Notes under the pieces: model-generated
What the model was told of the DNA's origin: nothing
The model's input: only the letters and a program-made list of their open reading frames with translations
Databases searched by the model: none
Part shown: positions 24,752-36,800 of the stretch, piece after piece
How positions within the stretch are numbered: position 1 is the stretch's first letter
How the letters are laid out: each line of letters opens with the position of its first letter
NCBI RefSeq assembly: GCF_030144855.1
Contig: NC_082738.1
Span: forward strand, 16,678,001-16,742,000
Direction of reading: 5' to 3'
DNA: 64,000 bases
From: Hypanus sabinus
Taxonomy: Eukaryota
Made by a program: the position numbers and the translations under genes

Positions 24752-25763
24752 GACCCTGCCTTATGCAGCTGGATCCTGGACTTCCTGTCAGATCGCCAGC
24801 AGGTGCTAAGAGTGGGTCCCTCACCTCCACCCCTCTGACTCTCAGTACAGGAGCCCCTCAGGGCTGCATACTGAGTCCCCTCCTTTACTCTCTGTATACC
24901 CATGACTGTGTCACCACCCACAGCTCCAATCTGCTAATTAAATTTGCCGATGACACTACATTGATTAGCTTCATCTCAAACAATAACGAGGTGGCCTACG
25001 GGGAAGAAGTCATCTCTCTGACATGGTGGCGTCAAGAAAACAACCTCTCCCTCAATGTCACAAAAACAAAGGAGCTGTTTGTGGATTACAGGAGGAATGG
25101 AGACAGGCTAACTCCTATAGACATCAATGGATCTGGGGTTGAGAGTGAACAGCTTTAAGTTCCTCAGTATACACATCATCAAGGACGTCATACCGGCTGT
25201 GTGGTGGGGAAAAAAAAGCACAACAGCACCTCTTTCACCTCAGACGGTTGAAGAAGTTTGGTATGACCCCCCCACAAATTCGAAGAACTTTCTATAGGGG
25301 CACAATTGAGAGCATCCTGACTGGCTGCATCACTGCCCGGTATGGGAACTGTACCTCCCTGAATCGCAGGACTCTGCAGAGAGTGGTGCGGACAGCCCAG
25401 CACATTTGTAGATGTGAACTCACCACTAGTCAGGACATTTACAAGGACAGGTGTGTAAAAAGGGCCCGAAGGATCACTGAGGACCCGATTCACCAAAACC
25501 ACAATCTATTCCAGCTGCTACCATCCGGGAAGAGGTACCACAGCATAACAGCCAGGACCAGCAGGCTCCGGGACAGCTTCTTCCACCAGACTGATGAACT
25601 CACACTGATTTGAGTGTACTCTATGTTACATTAAATGATCTATTTATTATAAATTATTATAAATTCCTGTGATTGCACATTGCACATTTAGATGGAGACG
25701 CAACTTAAGGATTTTTACTCTTCTTGTATTTGTAGGATGCAAAATAAACTCAATTCAATTCAA
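24752..25763 (+). mobile_element. Rex1/Babar non-LTR retrotransposon, 5'-truncated, frameshifted RT
   Basis: LTLSTGAPQGCILSPLLYSLYTHDC..IKFADDTT, LNVTKTKEL, FYRGTIESILTGCIT, FQLLPSGKRY, RLRDSFF; tail aataaa(ctcaa)(ttcaa)2. Confidence 0.92.
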
Positions 25764-26289
25764 CGCCTATCCAGCCTATCTACTAGTCTGCTGACCTAAC
25801 ATCAAAAGAGCACAGTGAGCTTACATGCGCTAAGGCACCCAACTCCATTAAACTATTTGTTATCACAAAGCGTAGAGGTCCGTGTTCCATTATAAACTTT
25901 TTTCAGATAATTGGGCATGTCCGAGCACAAGTACGTAAAGCTCTCCACCCTTACAGAGGTACTGAAATCAAGAAAGCAGTAAATTCGAGGGCGATATTGG
26001 GAGCAGAGAGAATTTCAAAACTCTGAACGACTCTCATACTTAATCCTAAAAAGCTGTATGTAAATCAGAAAACTGGTCGAGCGCCACCATACCAAAGTAG
26101 CGAGCTATCCAACATCACGGAAAACCGATCTCTAACCCAAATACTGCCTGCACGCCCAACGTCCCCTGTCAACCAGCCTTCATTCTGAACCCTGAAGATC
26201 AGCCTTGAATCAACCTGGATACCGGCCCATCGCCTACTTTGAACTGCCTTTAACGAAGTTGGATTTCTGGATTTTCTATTGCAATATAA

Positions 26290-26665
26290 GCACATATACT
26301 GCAGTCACACATAGGGGAACACATACACGGACGCAACATACACACGTACACATTACATTTACATTCAATTCTGAACGTGTATCCAGGCACACAGGCAAAC
26401 ACATGCATGCCTAGTCACGTAGACGTGCACGAATGCATATAAAATGATCTTGTACATTCGTGATTAAACACATGCACACACATACGTTCACACAAGCCTG
26501 CACAAATACATACATGCATGCATTCGTATGCTCACGTACAAACAGGCATATTCATAGGTACATATGCAAAAGTGTTCACATGTACACACGTAGGCATGTA
26601 TACATTCATAACTTTACGCACACAAACGCACATGCATGCAGACATACAAAGTTATGCATTCACTG
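26290..26665. repeat. Degenerate (CA/TA/CG)n alternating purine-pyrimidine low-complexity tract (similar at 40415-40725)
   Basis: Direct inspection. Confidence 0.8.
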
Positions 26666-26761
26666 GTGCAAGCAACGTCTTTCATCCGCACTCGGGCTGG
26701 TAGATAGATAGTGCACCAACTCTCCCCCAAAACACAGCAAACATGGATCGTTTCCATTCAA

Positions 26762-26767
26762 TTTATT
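26762..26767 (-). terminator. Candidate wnt6 polyadenylation signal AATAAA (alternatives at 26843-26848 and 27149-27154)
   Basis: TTTATT on the plus strand about 590 nt past the stop, with a GU-rich downstream tract (tgtttgctgtgttttgggg on minus, ~26724-26742). Confidence 0.5.
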
Positions 26768-27353
26768 ATGTAGTGTTTTCTATGGTTTTTGTAGAAATAC
26801 TGGATGAATACAAAATGAATCAGTCGATCTAAAAAGTAAACTTTTATTTTAAATAACCCATGTTCTTACCTATCTCTATTTAGTTCGAACTCTACGAACA
26901 CCATAAAGTCGTTTATCAAAGCTCATCTTCCTTTTAATAAGCCGGGGCAGCTAATAAGCCGGGGTAAAAACTTTCTGACATTTTATACCAATACAAAAAT
27001 AATTCTATATGTGTTCAGGCAGAAATTATATGGGATAATCATCTTTTAGGCGTTTATAATTCCAAGCTCTGCGTGATAAACACCTCCCTCCCTCGCCCTG
27101 CCCCCCCCCCCTTTCCCATAGCAGGTCTGCAGCTTGATGAAGGCTCTGTTTATTGAGGAAACTTCACCACTACGGAGACGTTTCTCTTCAGATTCTTCGC
27201 GATACTCCAAACTTAGGGGAAAGTGATGAGCATCTCTCTCCTGTTGGGGTGGAGGAGCTTCTGCATTGAAGCTAGAATTTTCTGTAAAGTTGTAACATCC
27301 TCTTCATATCCAATAGGTTATCTTTGGTTAATGACGTTGGGGTTGCAGCTCGG

Positions 27354-27815
27354 CTAAACGCAGACACTGAGTTCCTTTCTGACTGTGCATTGTTTGCACT
27401 GGACCACACAACACCACTGGAAACGACACTTGCAGTTCTCCTGGAAGCTTACCATCTCTTTTCGGTGTCCCCGGCCACAACAGAGCAAGTCACAGCCACT
27501 AAAGTCCAGCGCTGTCCCGTTACATACTCTGCCCCTTGTCCCTGGGACGCCAGTGCGCCTGTTGGGCAAACAGAAATCGGGGGACTCTGCGGAGTAAACC
27601 AGGTCTTCTTTGTCCGGCTGTTTGATGTTGTGGCCGACCGGGATCAGGGTCTTTCCGTCGTTGCCGCCCATCACCTTGAAGGCCCCATTGAAGCGTTCGA
27701 AGAGGCGGTCACCGACCTCGCGGAAATGGGGCATTTTCTTCCAGCAAGTTTTGACTGCACAGGAGCCAGATAAGCCGTGACATTTACACTCAGTCCGCAT
27801 ATAGTTCTTAATCAT
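27354..27815 (-). CDS. wnt6: wnt6 exon 4 (MIKNYMRTECKCHGLSGSC...ELSVCV*)
   Basis: ORF 27354..27815; acceptor atttcag|; TAG stop; full C-terminal Cys pattern. Confidence 0.96.
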   Translation of the reverse strand: MIKNYMRTECKCHGLSGSCAVKTCWKKMPHFREVGDRLFERFNGAFKVMGGNDGKTLIPVGHNIKQPDKEDLVYSAESPDFCLPNRRTGVPGTRGRVCNGTALDFSGCDLLCCGRGHRKEMVSFQENCKCRFQWCCVVQCKQCTVRKELSVCV

Positions 27816-30800
27816 CTGAAATTAAACAAGGAAGTGCAGAAACAGATAAATTAAATATGAAACGACATTCTTCAACACAGGAATATTTTACAACACGTAA
27901 CACATAAAAGGGCAGTATGGATTTCTTTCTGCCAGCAATGAAGATCTTTTGACGTTCATTTGCTGCTGTGATTAGGAAATTCGGCAACCAATTTGTGCAT
28001 TGCAAGTTCTCACGAGCAGCCAGGTAATATGTAAGGTACCGCAAATGCTCGACACCTGAGGTTTAAGTATCGGACTTCTCTGCTCTTTCTAAAATAGCGT
28101 CATCAGAACTTTTACATCCGCCTGAGAGGGCGAATGGGACCTCGGTTTAACACCTCCTACCGTGCGGCACTTGCTCTGCACCGCGCCGAAGCGCCGCCCC
28201 GATGCTTGCGCTCAGTTCTCCGCAGCGGGAGCTCCAACTTACGTCATTGGCTCCAAGTCGTTTCCAGATGTTCTGGAAGGGACGTGAACGGTGCTTCATA
28301 AATGCAAGGCTTTGAATTATTTCACTGACGCTAATTAAAACAATTGTATTTAACCATTTGTATGTTAATCTGTGCAAGATCTTGATTTTATGAATCCGGA
28401 AATGCATTGGGACTGTAATGTTTTAGCAATAGTCAATAATGGCCAATGTATGAACCTCTGGAAGAGTGAGGGAGGACTTGATTGAGACATACTAGATCCT
28501 GAAGGGTCTTGGCAGGGAGGTGGAAGAGGGTTTCCTCTGCTGGGAAAATCTAGGAATAGAGGTCCCTGTTTAAAAATCGTTCACTTAAGAGAAAAAAATG
28601 GCGACTTTTGTTTCTGAGGGTCTATTTTTGTGGTAGTACTATAAACTTTGTAGATTGTTGTTAAACGAGGGGTGAAAGGTTACCGGAGATAGGCGGGGTG
28701 CGGAATTGTGTACACAAGGGCGAATCGCATACGGATGGAACTGAAAGATTTACAGAGGGAGAGGTTCTTATGTTCACAATCCATTGGGTTACATCCAGCA
28801 CAGAGGGAGACCCAGTGTCTCTGGTCCACTCTATGCTCCACTCTAACTAACCATCTTGCTACCTGATACTACGTTGTAAGTCAATACACTTCGCGTTTTT
28901 TAAAAAACTTAAGTGTCTTAAAGGGTGTATCCCGTTTGCTAAATTAATGATCTGTGTGTCTCTTGGCTCACACTGAGCTTTTTTTTTGCCACTGAGACAG
29001 CAAAGTTATCTTAATAAATATTCCCGTTCGGTATCAGTTGATGAAGGGTGCAACGTTAGAACCTGCCTCACTCGGGCGTCAGGAGCTGGATGTGCGTTTC
29101 TGAGTGATCTCACTTGGCTACGGCAAGAGTCAGCACTATAGCATCTTCCTTCCAGGAGCGAATAATCGGCAGTCCAGGGCCTCTAAAACATTTGTAGATG
29201 TGGAAACTAGTTCAGGCATCCATGTTCTCATAACGGCAAAATCGCAGGAATATCCACTCAGTAGCCTCGTCATTATGTACCCCCTGTACCTGATAAAGTG
29301 GCCACTGAGTGTATGTTCGTAGTTTTCGGCTGCTGTAGCCCATCCAGTTCAACTTCAAGGTCTGACATGCTGTGAGTTCAGAGATGCTGTTCTGCACACC
29401 GCTATTGTAACGCGGAGTTATTTGAGTTACTGTCGCCTTCCTGTCAGATTAAACCAGTCTGGCTATTCTCCTCTGACCTCTCTTATTAACAAGGTGTTTT
29501 CGCCAACAGAACTGCCGTTCAGTGGATTTTTTTTTGTGTCTTTCGCAACATTTTCTGTAAACTGTAGAGACTGCTGTGCATGAAATTGCCGATAATTGCC
29601 GATAAGACTTTTGCACAGTTCTGTATTTGTCAACGTGGAGAGGAGAGCAGGTTTGTAAATCTGGTGGGAGCAAATGATGTTGGGAGTGGGGAATGGAGCG
29701 CCGTGGGAGGGGTGTGGGACAGGCGGCGGAGAAGGAGTGCCAAGGGTGGTGTGTGATTGACACAGGTGCAGACACACCCATCCCTGAGGCACCAGGCAAG
29801 GTCATTTGATTCCAAACAACTTGTTTATTGATCATTACAAAATGTCTCTCTGGTGCTTCCCACTCCCTCCTCTCTCCCTTCCCCTTTTCCTAATCATGAT
29901 TCCCCTCTCCCTTCTTCTTCCCACTCTCAGTCCACAACAGAGAACCATATCAGAATCAGGTTTATCATCATTCAAATATGTCATGAAATTTGTTTTTATT
30001 TTGTGGCAGCAGTACGGTGCAGTGCATAAAATTACTACAGTACTGTGCAAAAGCCTTAGCCACCCTAGCGATATACATATGTGCCTAAAACTTTTGCACA
30101 GTACTGGACACTTTCCATTTGCCTGCACTGAACCCAAATCACTGTATTCTTTCCTATCCAAGTACCTATTGAACTATCTTTGAAATGTTGTGATTCCATC
30201 TGCCTTCACTAACACCTCTGGCAGCTCAATCCAGATAACCCCTGTACTCTGTGTGAAAAAAAATGTACCCATCAGATCTCCTTTAACCTTAGACCTATGC
30301 TCTTTAGTTCTAGACTCCCTTGCCCTAGGGAAAAAGACTGTCCTATCTATACCCCTCATAATATTATAAACCTCTATAACATCACCCCTCAGCCTACTAT
30401 GTTCATTGATGATTGGTGTAAAGCCAGTGGTGCTGCTACAATATCTCTACTTGTAAGGATGATATATAAAAAAGAATAGGGCTATGGAAAGGGGCATGAT
30501 GAGCCCTGCCAAATTATTCATCAGTTCAACTTGTAATTCTTCCAAAGTCTAATTCTATATTTTTAAAGCAGAAGTGTAATTACAGTCTAATAAATATAAT
30601 TTATAGCATAAATATATCACTTTAAAATTGAATCAAATTATGTTAAGTTTATTTCCTACAATTCTGACTGTAGTTCAAAAATACATCTTTGGCTACAAAA
30701 TCCATTACAATATTCTACGAAAAAATATTGGAAATGTTCCATAATATGACTGAGTTCTAATTAAATGATACATACTTAAGGAATGTTTATGTGTCTAAAA

Positions 30801-33800
30801 ATATTTTATGTTCTAAAATAATGTGGTCCAAAAGATGGCATCTGGACGATCAAAGTGAACATGATTGTATATTGGAATATAACGTGTTCATTATTTTAGA
30901 AAAACTGTTTTAAAAGGTAGTGCTAAGGTTTTAAGATACAATTTACTTGTGTAAAGATGCATTTGGAAGAATTATTTATTATGCATTTAAAATTGTGCCC
31001 TTTAAGAACACATTCATAAAATTAATAGCTACTTGTTTTAAAATGTGTTTGTCTTCTAAAATAATGGTTTCCAAAAATATATTTAAAATTTCACTCAAAG
31101 TTTCAAACAAAGGAAATCTTCACTACCATTGTTAGAATGTTGTTACACATTGCAGCCACAGGAATTCTTACCCCCACATGAGCTGACTACCTTAACAACC
31201 ACAAACTTACAGTTGACAGCAAAGGACTGCTCTGGATAATCAGCACAGTGCAGGGAATCAACTCTTTTTGAAGTCCAGCACTACAAATATTTATATCAAA
31301 TTACGTTACCTGTATTTAGTAATCTAGGGAATCATAAATTCTCTCTGTTGGCTCTTTCTGCCGACATGGGCACTGACCTGAGACAATGAAGTTTCTGTGT
31401 CCCAATCTACATACTGGGCCCATCAGTAACTTCAATCTATCCCTCAATTGTTCCTTTTTAGTTCAGTTATGCATTTTGCAATGAGATTGCTTCCATCTGC
31501 TATAGCTATAATTGGATTTTGCTTCATTAAATATTTACTTAATTAAAGCATTTCAATTTGATTTGAATGGGTAAACAGCTTAACTATTAAGTATGTTGTA
31601 GATATTCCAGACATCATTTGGGAACATATATTTATCAGGATTCTGTATACTGAGTAGTTCTCCAAAAGTACAAGTTAAATTGTAAATTGGTCTTAGAAAA
31701 ACAATTTTAAGCTAGTCCTTTTTACCATAAATTTATCATCTCACAGCGATAACTGTTTCATATGCCTCTGTTTAATTAGCATAATTTATTATCTTAATAA
31801 ATTTTACTTTAAAAATCTATTTTTATGCCTTCTTTTGTTTATCGGCCATCAGCATTCATAAACGGAATACAACAAACACTACCCCTGCTAGTATAAGAGG
31901 GGAAAGATACAGAATATACAGTAGGCACATCATTATAGTTTTTCATGCTGGATGTTAAATGTTTTCTGGCCAGAGTGAAGAAAGGGGTATTTAATGAGGA
32001 AGGTAGCACCAACACAGTTCTTTCTATTGGCATTAATTGAGAAGCTAACTAATTTCTAATTAGTAGTTTATCCATTGAAAGATCATTAAAACAAATGTCA
32101 TTTGAAAACAGTCATCTCACATCCACTGCCTTGAAACAAATAAGCACGTTAATTCCCTGATATGTTTCAATTCTGGACCATTATGAATGAAACTGAGTTG
32201 ACTTTGCACAATTAAGAGCACCATTCATCCCTATTCTTGAGAATGGACTCTAGCTATATGAGAAGGAATTGACTAGTACAGTTACTGGGATTGCTGTCCT
32301 TGCATGTTCGGGGAATCTAACAAATAAAGAGACATTTAAGATATGATAGCTTTCTCTTTCTCTCCCAAACTGCACAATTATAACTTTGTTCTTAGTCTAC
32401 AAGATGAAATTAGTTTCTGACAGCTCCGTATGATAAGATTGACCCAATGTCACCACAGTATTGAGTGGTTTATTACTTTAGATTTGGTGAGTTCTACCAC
32501 AGATATTCAGAGATAACTTTTATAACTGGAATAACACATTAATGAATATTTAATGGAAGTACAAAACTTGATTTAAATCAGTTCTATATTGAATATGAAT
32601 AGAATGGCAATTCTTAAAGGCTTATCACAGGCAGCTATTAAAATACTGGAGGTCACTGTTCCTCTAAGAATGTTTGGCATTGAGTCAGGTATTAGCATTA
32701 GGGAAGTATGCAGACTAAATAATCAAAGGCTGTCCATTAAACTGAGGCTTTATAAGACCTTGGTTAGACTGCACATGGAGTATTGTGAGCAGTTTTGGGC
32801 CCCTTATGTAAGAAAGAATATGCTGGCATTGAAGAGGGTCCAGAGGAGGTTCATGAGAATAATCCTGAGAATGAAAGGGTTAATGTATGAGGTGCATTTG
32901 ATGGCTCTGAGCCTGTATTTGCTAGAGTTTAGAAGAATTGGGGAGGGGAGGAATTTCATTGAAACCTATTGAATGTCGAATGCCCCAGATAGAGTGGCTG
33001 TGGAGAGGATGTTTCCTACAGTGGGGGATTCTCTGACCAGGGCACATCCTCAGAATAGAGGGATGTCCTTTTAGAACAGAGATGAGGAAGAATTTCTTTA
33101 GCCAAAGGGTAGTGAATCTGTGGAATTAATTGCCACAGGCGGTTGTGGAGGCCAAGTCACTGGGTTTTCTTAGAGCAGAGGTTGATAGGTTCTTGATTAG
33201 TAAGGGTGTCAAAGTTACGGGGAAAAGGTGGGAAAATGGGGTTGAGAGGGATAATAAATTCTCAATAATGGAATGGCAGAGCAGACTTGTTGAGCCAAAA
33301 GGCCCAATTCTGCTCCTATATCTATTTAAAATTTAGTTAAAATTTGGTCTGATGCTCTTGATTATGGACATAAAATGCCATCTACAGCAAATAAATATTT
33401 ATATATTTTACCCAATTCCAAAACTTTGCTTTTTTTAAAATCATACGTGTTATGCTGAAAAGAAAACCTGTAATTTAGTGGAAACAGAGCTGTAGGGATA
33501 ATCAGCAAAGGATCATTTTGCTTAGGGTGGTACCACGGATCAATGCAACACTGTTTGCCCATTGCTAGCTGCCATAATGTGTATTACAATTAAACAGACC
33601 TGTAAAGTCTCCAATAAAAGAAAATCTGCAGATGCTGGAAATCCAAGTAACACACACAAAATGCTGGAGGAACTCAGCAGGCCAGGCAGCATCTATGGAA
33701 AAAAGTACAAAATGTCCTGCTGAAGGGTTACAGCCCGAAGCGTTGACTGTACTTTTTTCCACATATGTTGCCTGGCCTGCTGAGTTCCTCCAGCATTTTG

Positions 33801-36800
33801 TACGTTATAAAGTCTCCGGCTTTTTTTTTTGGAAAATAGTAATGTTACTCACCTGTTTAGCCCACCAAAATAAATCCTGTATGCGTACCAATAGTTTGTA
33901 CGTGATCCACTGGTTAAGCACCCTTCCGCTTTGGATCATATTGGTGTGGCTAAGCATTTAAACGATCAATTTGCAATATATTATTTACTACTTGGGTCCA
34001 GATCAATATATTCAACAGAATTGTTGTTATGCTATATTGAAAAAAAATTAGATTTAACATGGCAAAGTATGTGAACATACACAAGGATTTCATGTTTTGA
34101 CAAAGTGAGATTGTATGAATGTATTTAAGTTTGAAAGAAGATCAAAATCGATGAGAAACTTGGAACTGCACTGTATTAGAGCATTCCCTTTCTGCTAATG
34201 GAAAATGTGTTCCAGTACAGTGCAGCCTGTGGATTAAAAACTCTTTTGTGTGGCAGCTGCTTGGGTTTCTAAGTGGAATTAATTTTGAGAGTCTCAACTG
34301 GTCTCCAAACACCACTAAGTTGACAGCTACAAACAAAAAGAGCATAATGATGCCTTCTGAAAGGAATAGCAATGTTACCCATGACAGTACTGACCTGGTC
34401 AGGGGTGCAGCAGAAGAGCTGTGGAATCCATAACAATAAAATCCTTCATCTTGACAACTACATTTATCAAAAGATATGGTTTTCATATAGGGATGTAACA
34501 TCTGTGGGAAGGGACTGGTTATCTCATATCTAAATTAGTTTTGGACCATAACAATCCATTGGAATCTCTCCCAATCCTTAATCTCTGTACTATTATTTTG
34601 TGCATACTGATAGATTATTTCAATGCTATTAATTCTCTCTTATTGTTGTATTTAATATAATTATCTTGCACCATGCAAGTTACAAATTGTGGTATAGATC
34701 AATAATACTTATTGATACTTCCAGAATTCAAACTGTACAATCAGTATCTATCATGCAACTAGCAAATTCAGTTTACATGAATTTCAAGCTCTGGCTAGTA
34801 ATATATAATTACATATAAATGCAGCCACTGTATATACTGCAGTGTACATTTAGATAAACATGTTGCAATTCTCATAAACCCTTGGGAATTAAACAGGTCA
34901 GGCTGTCAGATGAGAAACTATTTTGTGAAATTGCTGGGTGGGACTACTGCAAATTGCTCAAAGCAGAGACCATTTTAATAGATGCTTTTAAGATTGAGAG
35001 ATTTTGATAGGGTAAACAATGGGAGGCAGGTCACATGTTCGAAGAGTCAGTGACCAATTAATTTAGGATTATTAATAATGGAGTTAGGAGAAATTTACAC
35101 AGAGTCACAACATGAAATGTTTTGCCACAGAGGGTATTTGATGCAGAGATAATTATATCTTTGCGGGGAAGTTAGATCTGTACTTAAAACAAAAAAAAAG
35201 GTGCAAAGCTATGGGAGAGAGAACAATATTGGAATTTTGCTTGAATTTTAGTTAAGCATGGAGATATGCAGACATGACAGGCAGGGGAGTCTCCTTGTGT
35301 TATGTAAGGCGCTATAGTCCTTTGAGGGCAAAAGGCAAGGCACATTGCTATTCACTTAATAATACAATTCTTTCTGGCAAAGGGGTTATATAGAATCTAA
35401 AAGCTTGAAAGAAGCTCAGTTTTTTCATACATTTTTTTCACATGATGTGGGTGTAATTGGCTAGCCCAACATTTATGCTCATTCCTGTTTGCCTCTCAAG
35501 TCAGCCACATTGATATGAGTCTGGAGTTGGCCAAATTAGGCAAGCTTTATTAGATTTCTTTCAGTGATCAACAATCTCGTCATTTCCTGGTCACCATTAC
35601 AGATGGGTCTTATTCCATTTTATTCTGATTCCAGATTATTGAATTGGCTGAATTCCTCAGATTCTATAATATTTGAACTCATGCCTTTAAGTCATTATGT
35701 CAGGCTTCAGGATTACTAAAAGTAAAAAAAAACTGCAGATACTAGAATTCTGAAATAAACATTTAAAACACCAATAACACTCAGCAGGTCACCTGTTAAC
35801 TCTGTGCTTTTCTCTCTCCACAGATGCTGCCTGACCTGCTGAGTATTCTCTTTTGTTTCAGATTTCCCACAGTTGCTGAGAATAGTATCTCACTGCTCAG
35901 CATTTTTCTGGCTCTCCCCTGTTCTCATCCACTTCCTATTTACATCTCCCCCAGTCAGATAAACCTTCAGCACCCTCTCTCAGCCAGCGCCATTTGTGAC
36001 ATTCTTTCTCTCTTGGTCTCCATGCTACCACGGCCATTTCCCTTCTTCTCTCTACACACCACTCCTCTCTCTGCAACAAAAACAAAACGTTCGTTCCCCA
36101 CCTTTACCTTGTTCACCTGAAAACCTTCAATCGAACCCTTCTTTCTCTCCTCACAGTTGCTGCTGGGTAAGTAAACATTGAATTGCTTGTACAGCACCTT
36201 AACCACTGTACCCCATAGTAACTGTTAAAACAAACTTTGGTATCTTACCACTCAGTAAATGCCGGAAACTAAATGTGAATATGAAGGGGGTGTAGATACT
36301 ATTTAACCAAATCAGTAACCAGCTAGCCAAAATGAAAAAAAAAATGCGGATACAACAGTAAGGATCAATATTGGCGGAAGTTGGAATGCTGGAAGCAGAA
36401 AATGACGGTATCTACCGAGTGTGTGTGTGAGAGAGTTTTCAAGCATTTAATTTGTGATGACCTGCCTTCAGAACTGTGGCTGTTAGCATTAGATGTCTAA
36501 CCGGCGAACGGCCCCACGAAGTATCCGACTGCCGCTCTGGTAGCGGTGATGAGAATCTAATTTTAAACATATGCAGAAGATTACAGATAATTCTAGACCT
36601 CAACCTACCAGCCGGCCTGCCTCGTTATTATGCAGGTCTATCAAGGACTTGATGTCACTTTGACCTTTTCTCTTCCTAGCGTCCATGAACTGTTTGGACT
36701 TAGCATAACCGAACTCCACGTTGTCTCCACATCCGCTCCATTGCCAAGGGTTCGCGTCCCTGGACGGTCCGAGAGCTGGAGCCATTGCAGCCCGGCTCAG

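Noticed and set aside
27324-27773. 149-aa plus-strand ORF (also 15614..16174, 11281..11640 and 53772..54086)
   Set aside because: Antisense shadows of GC-rich Wnt exons.
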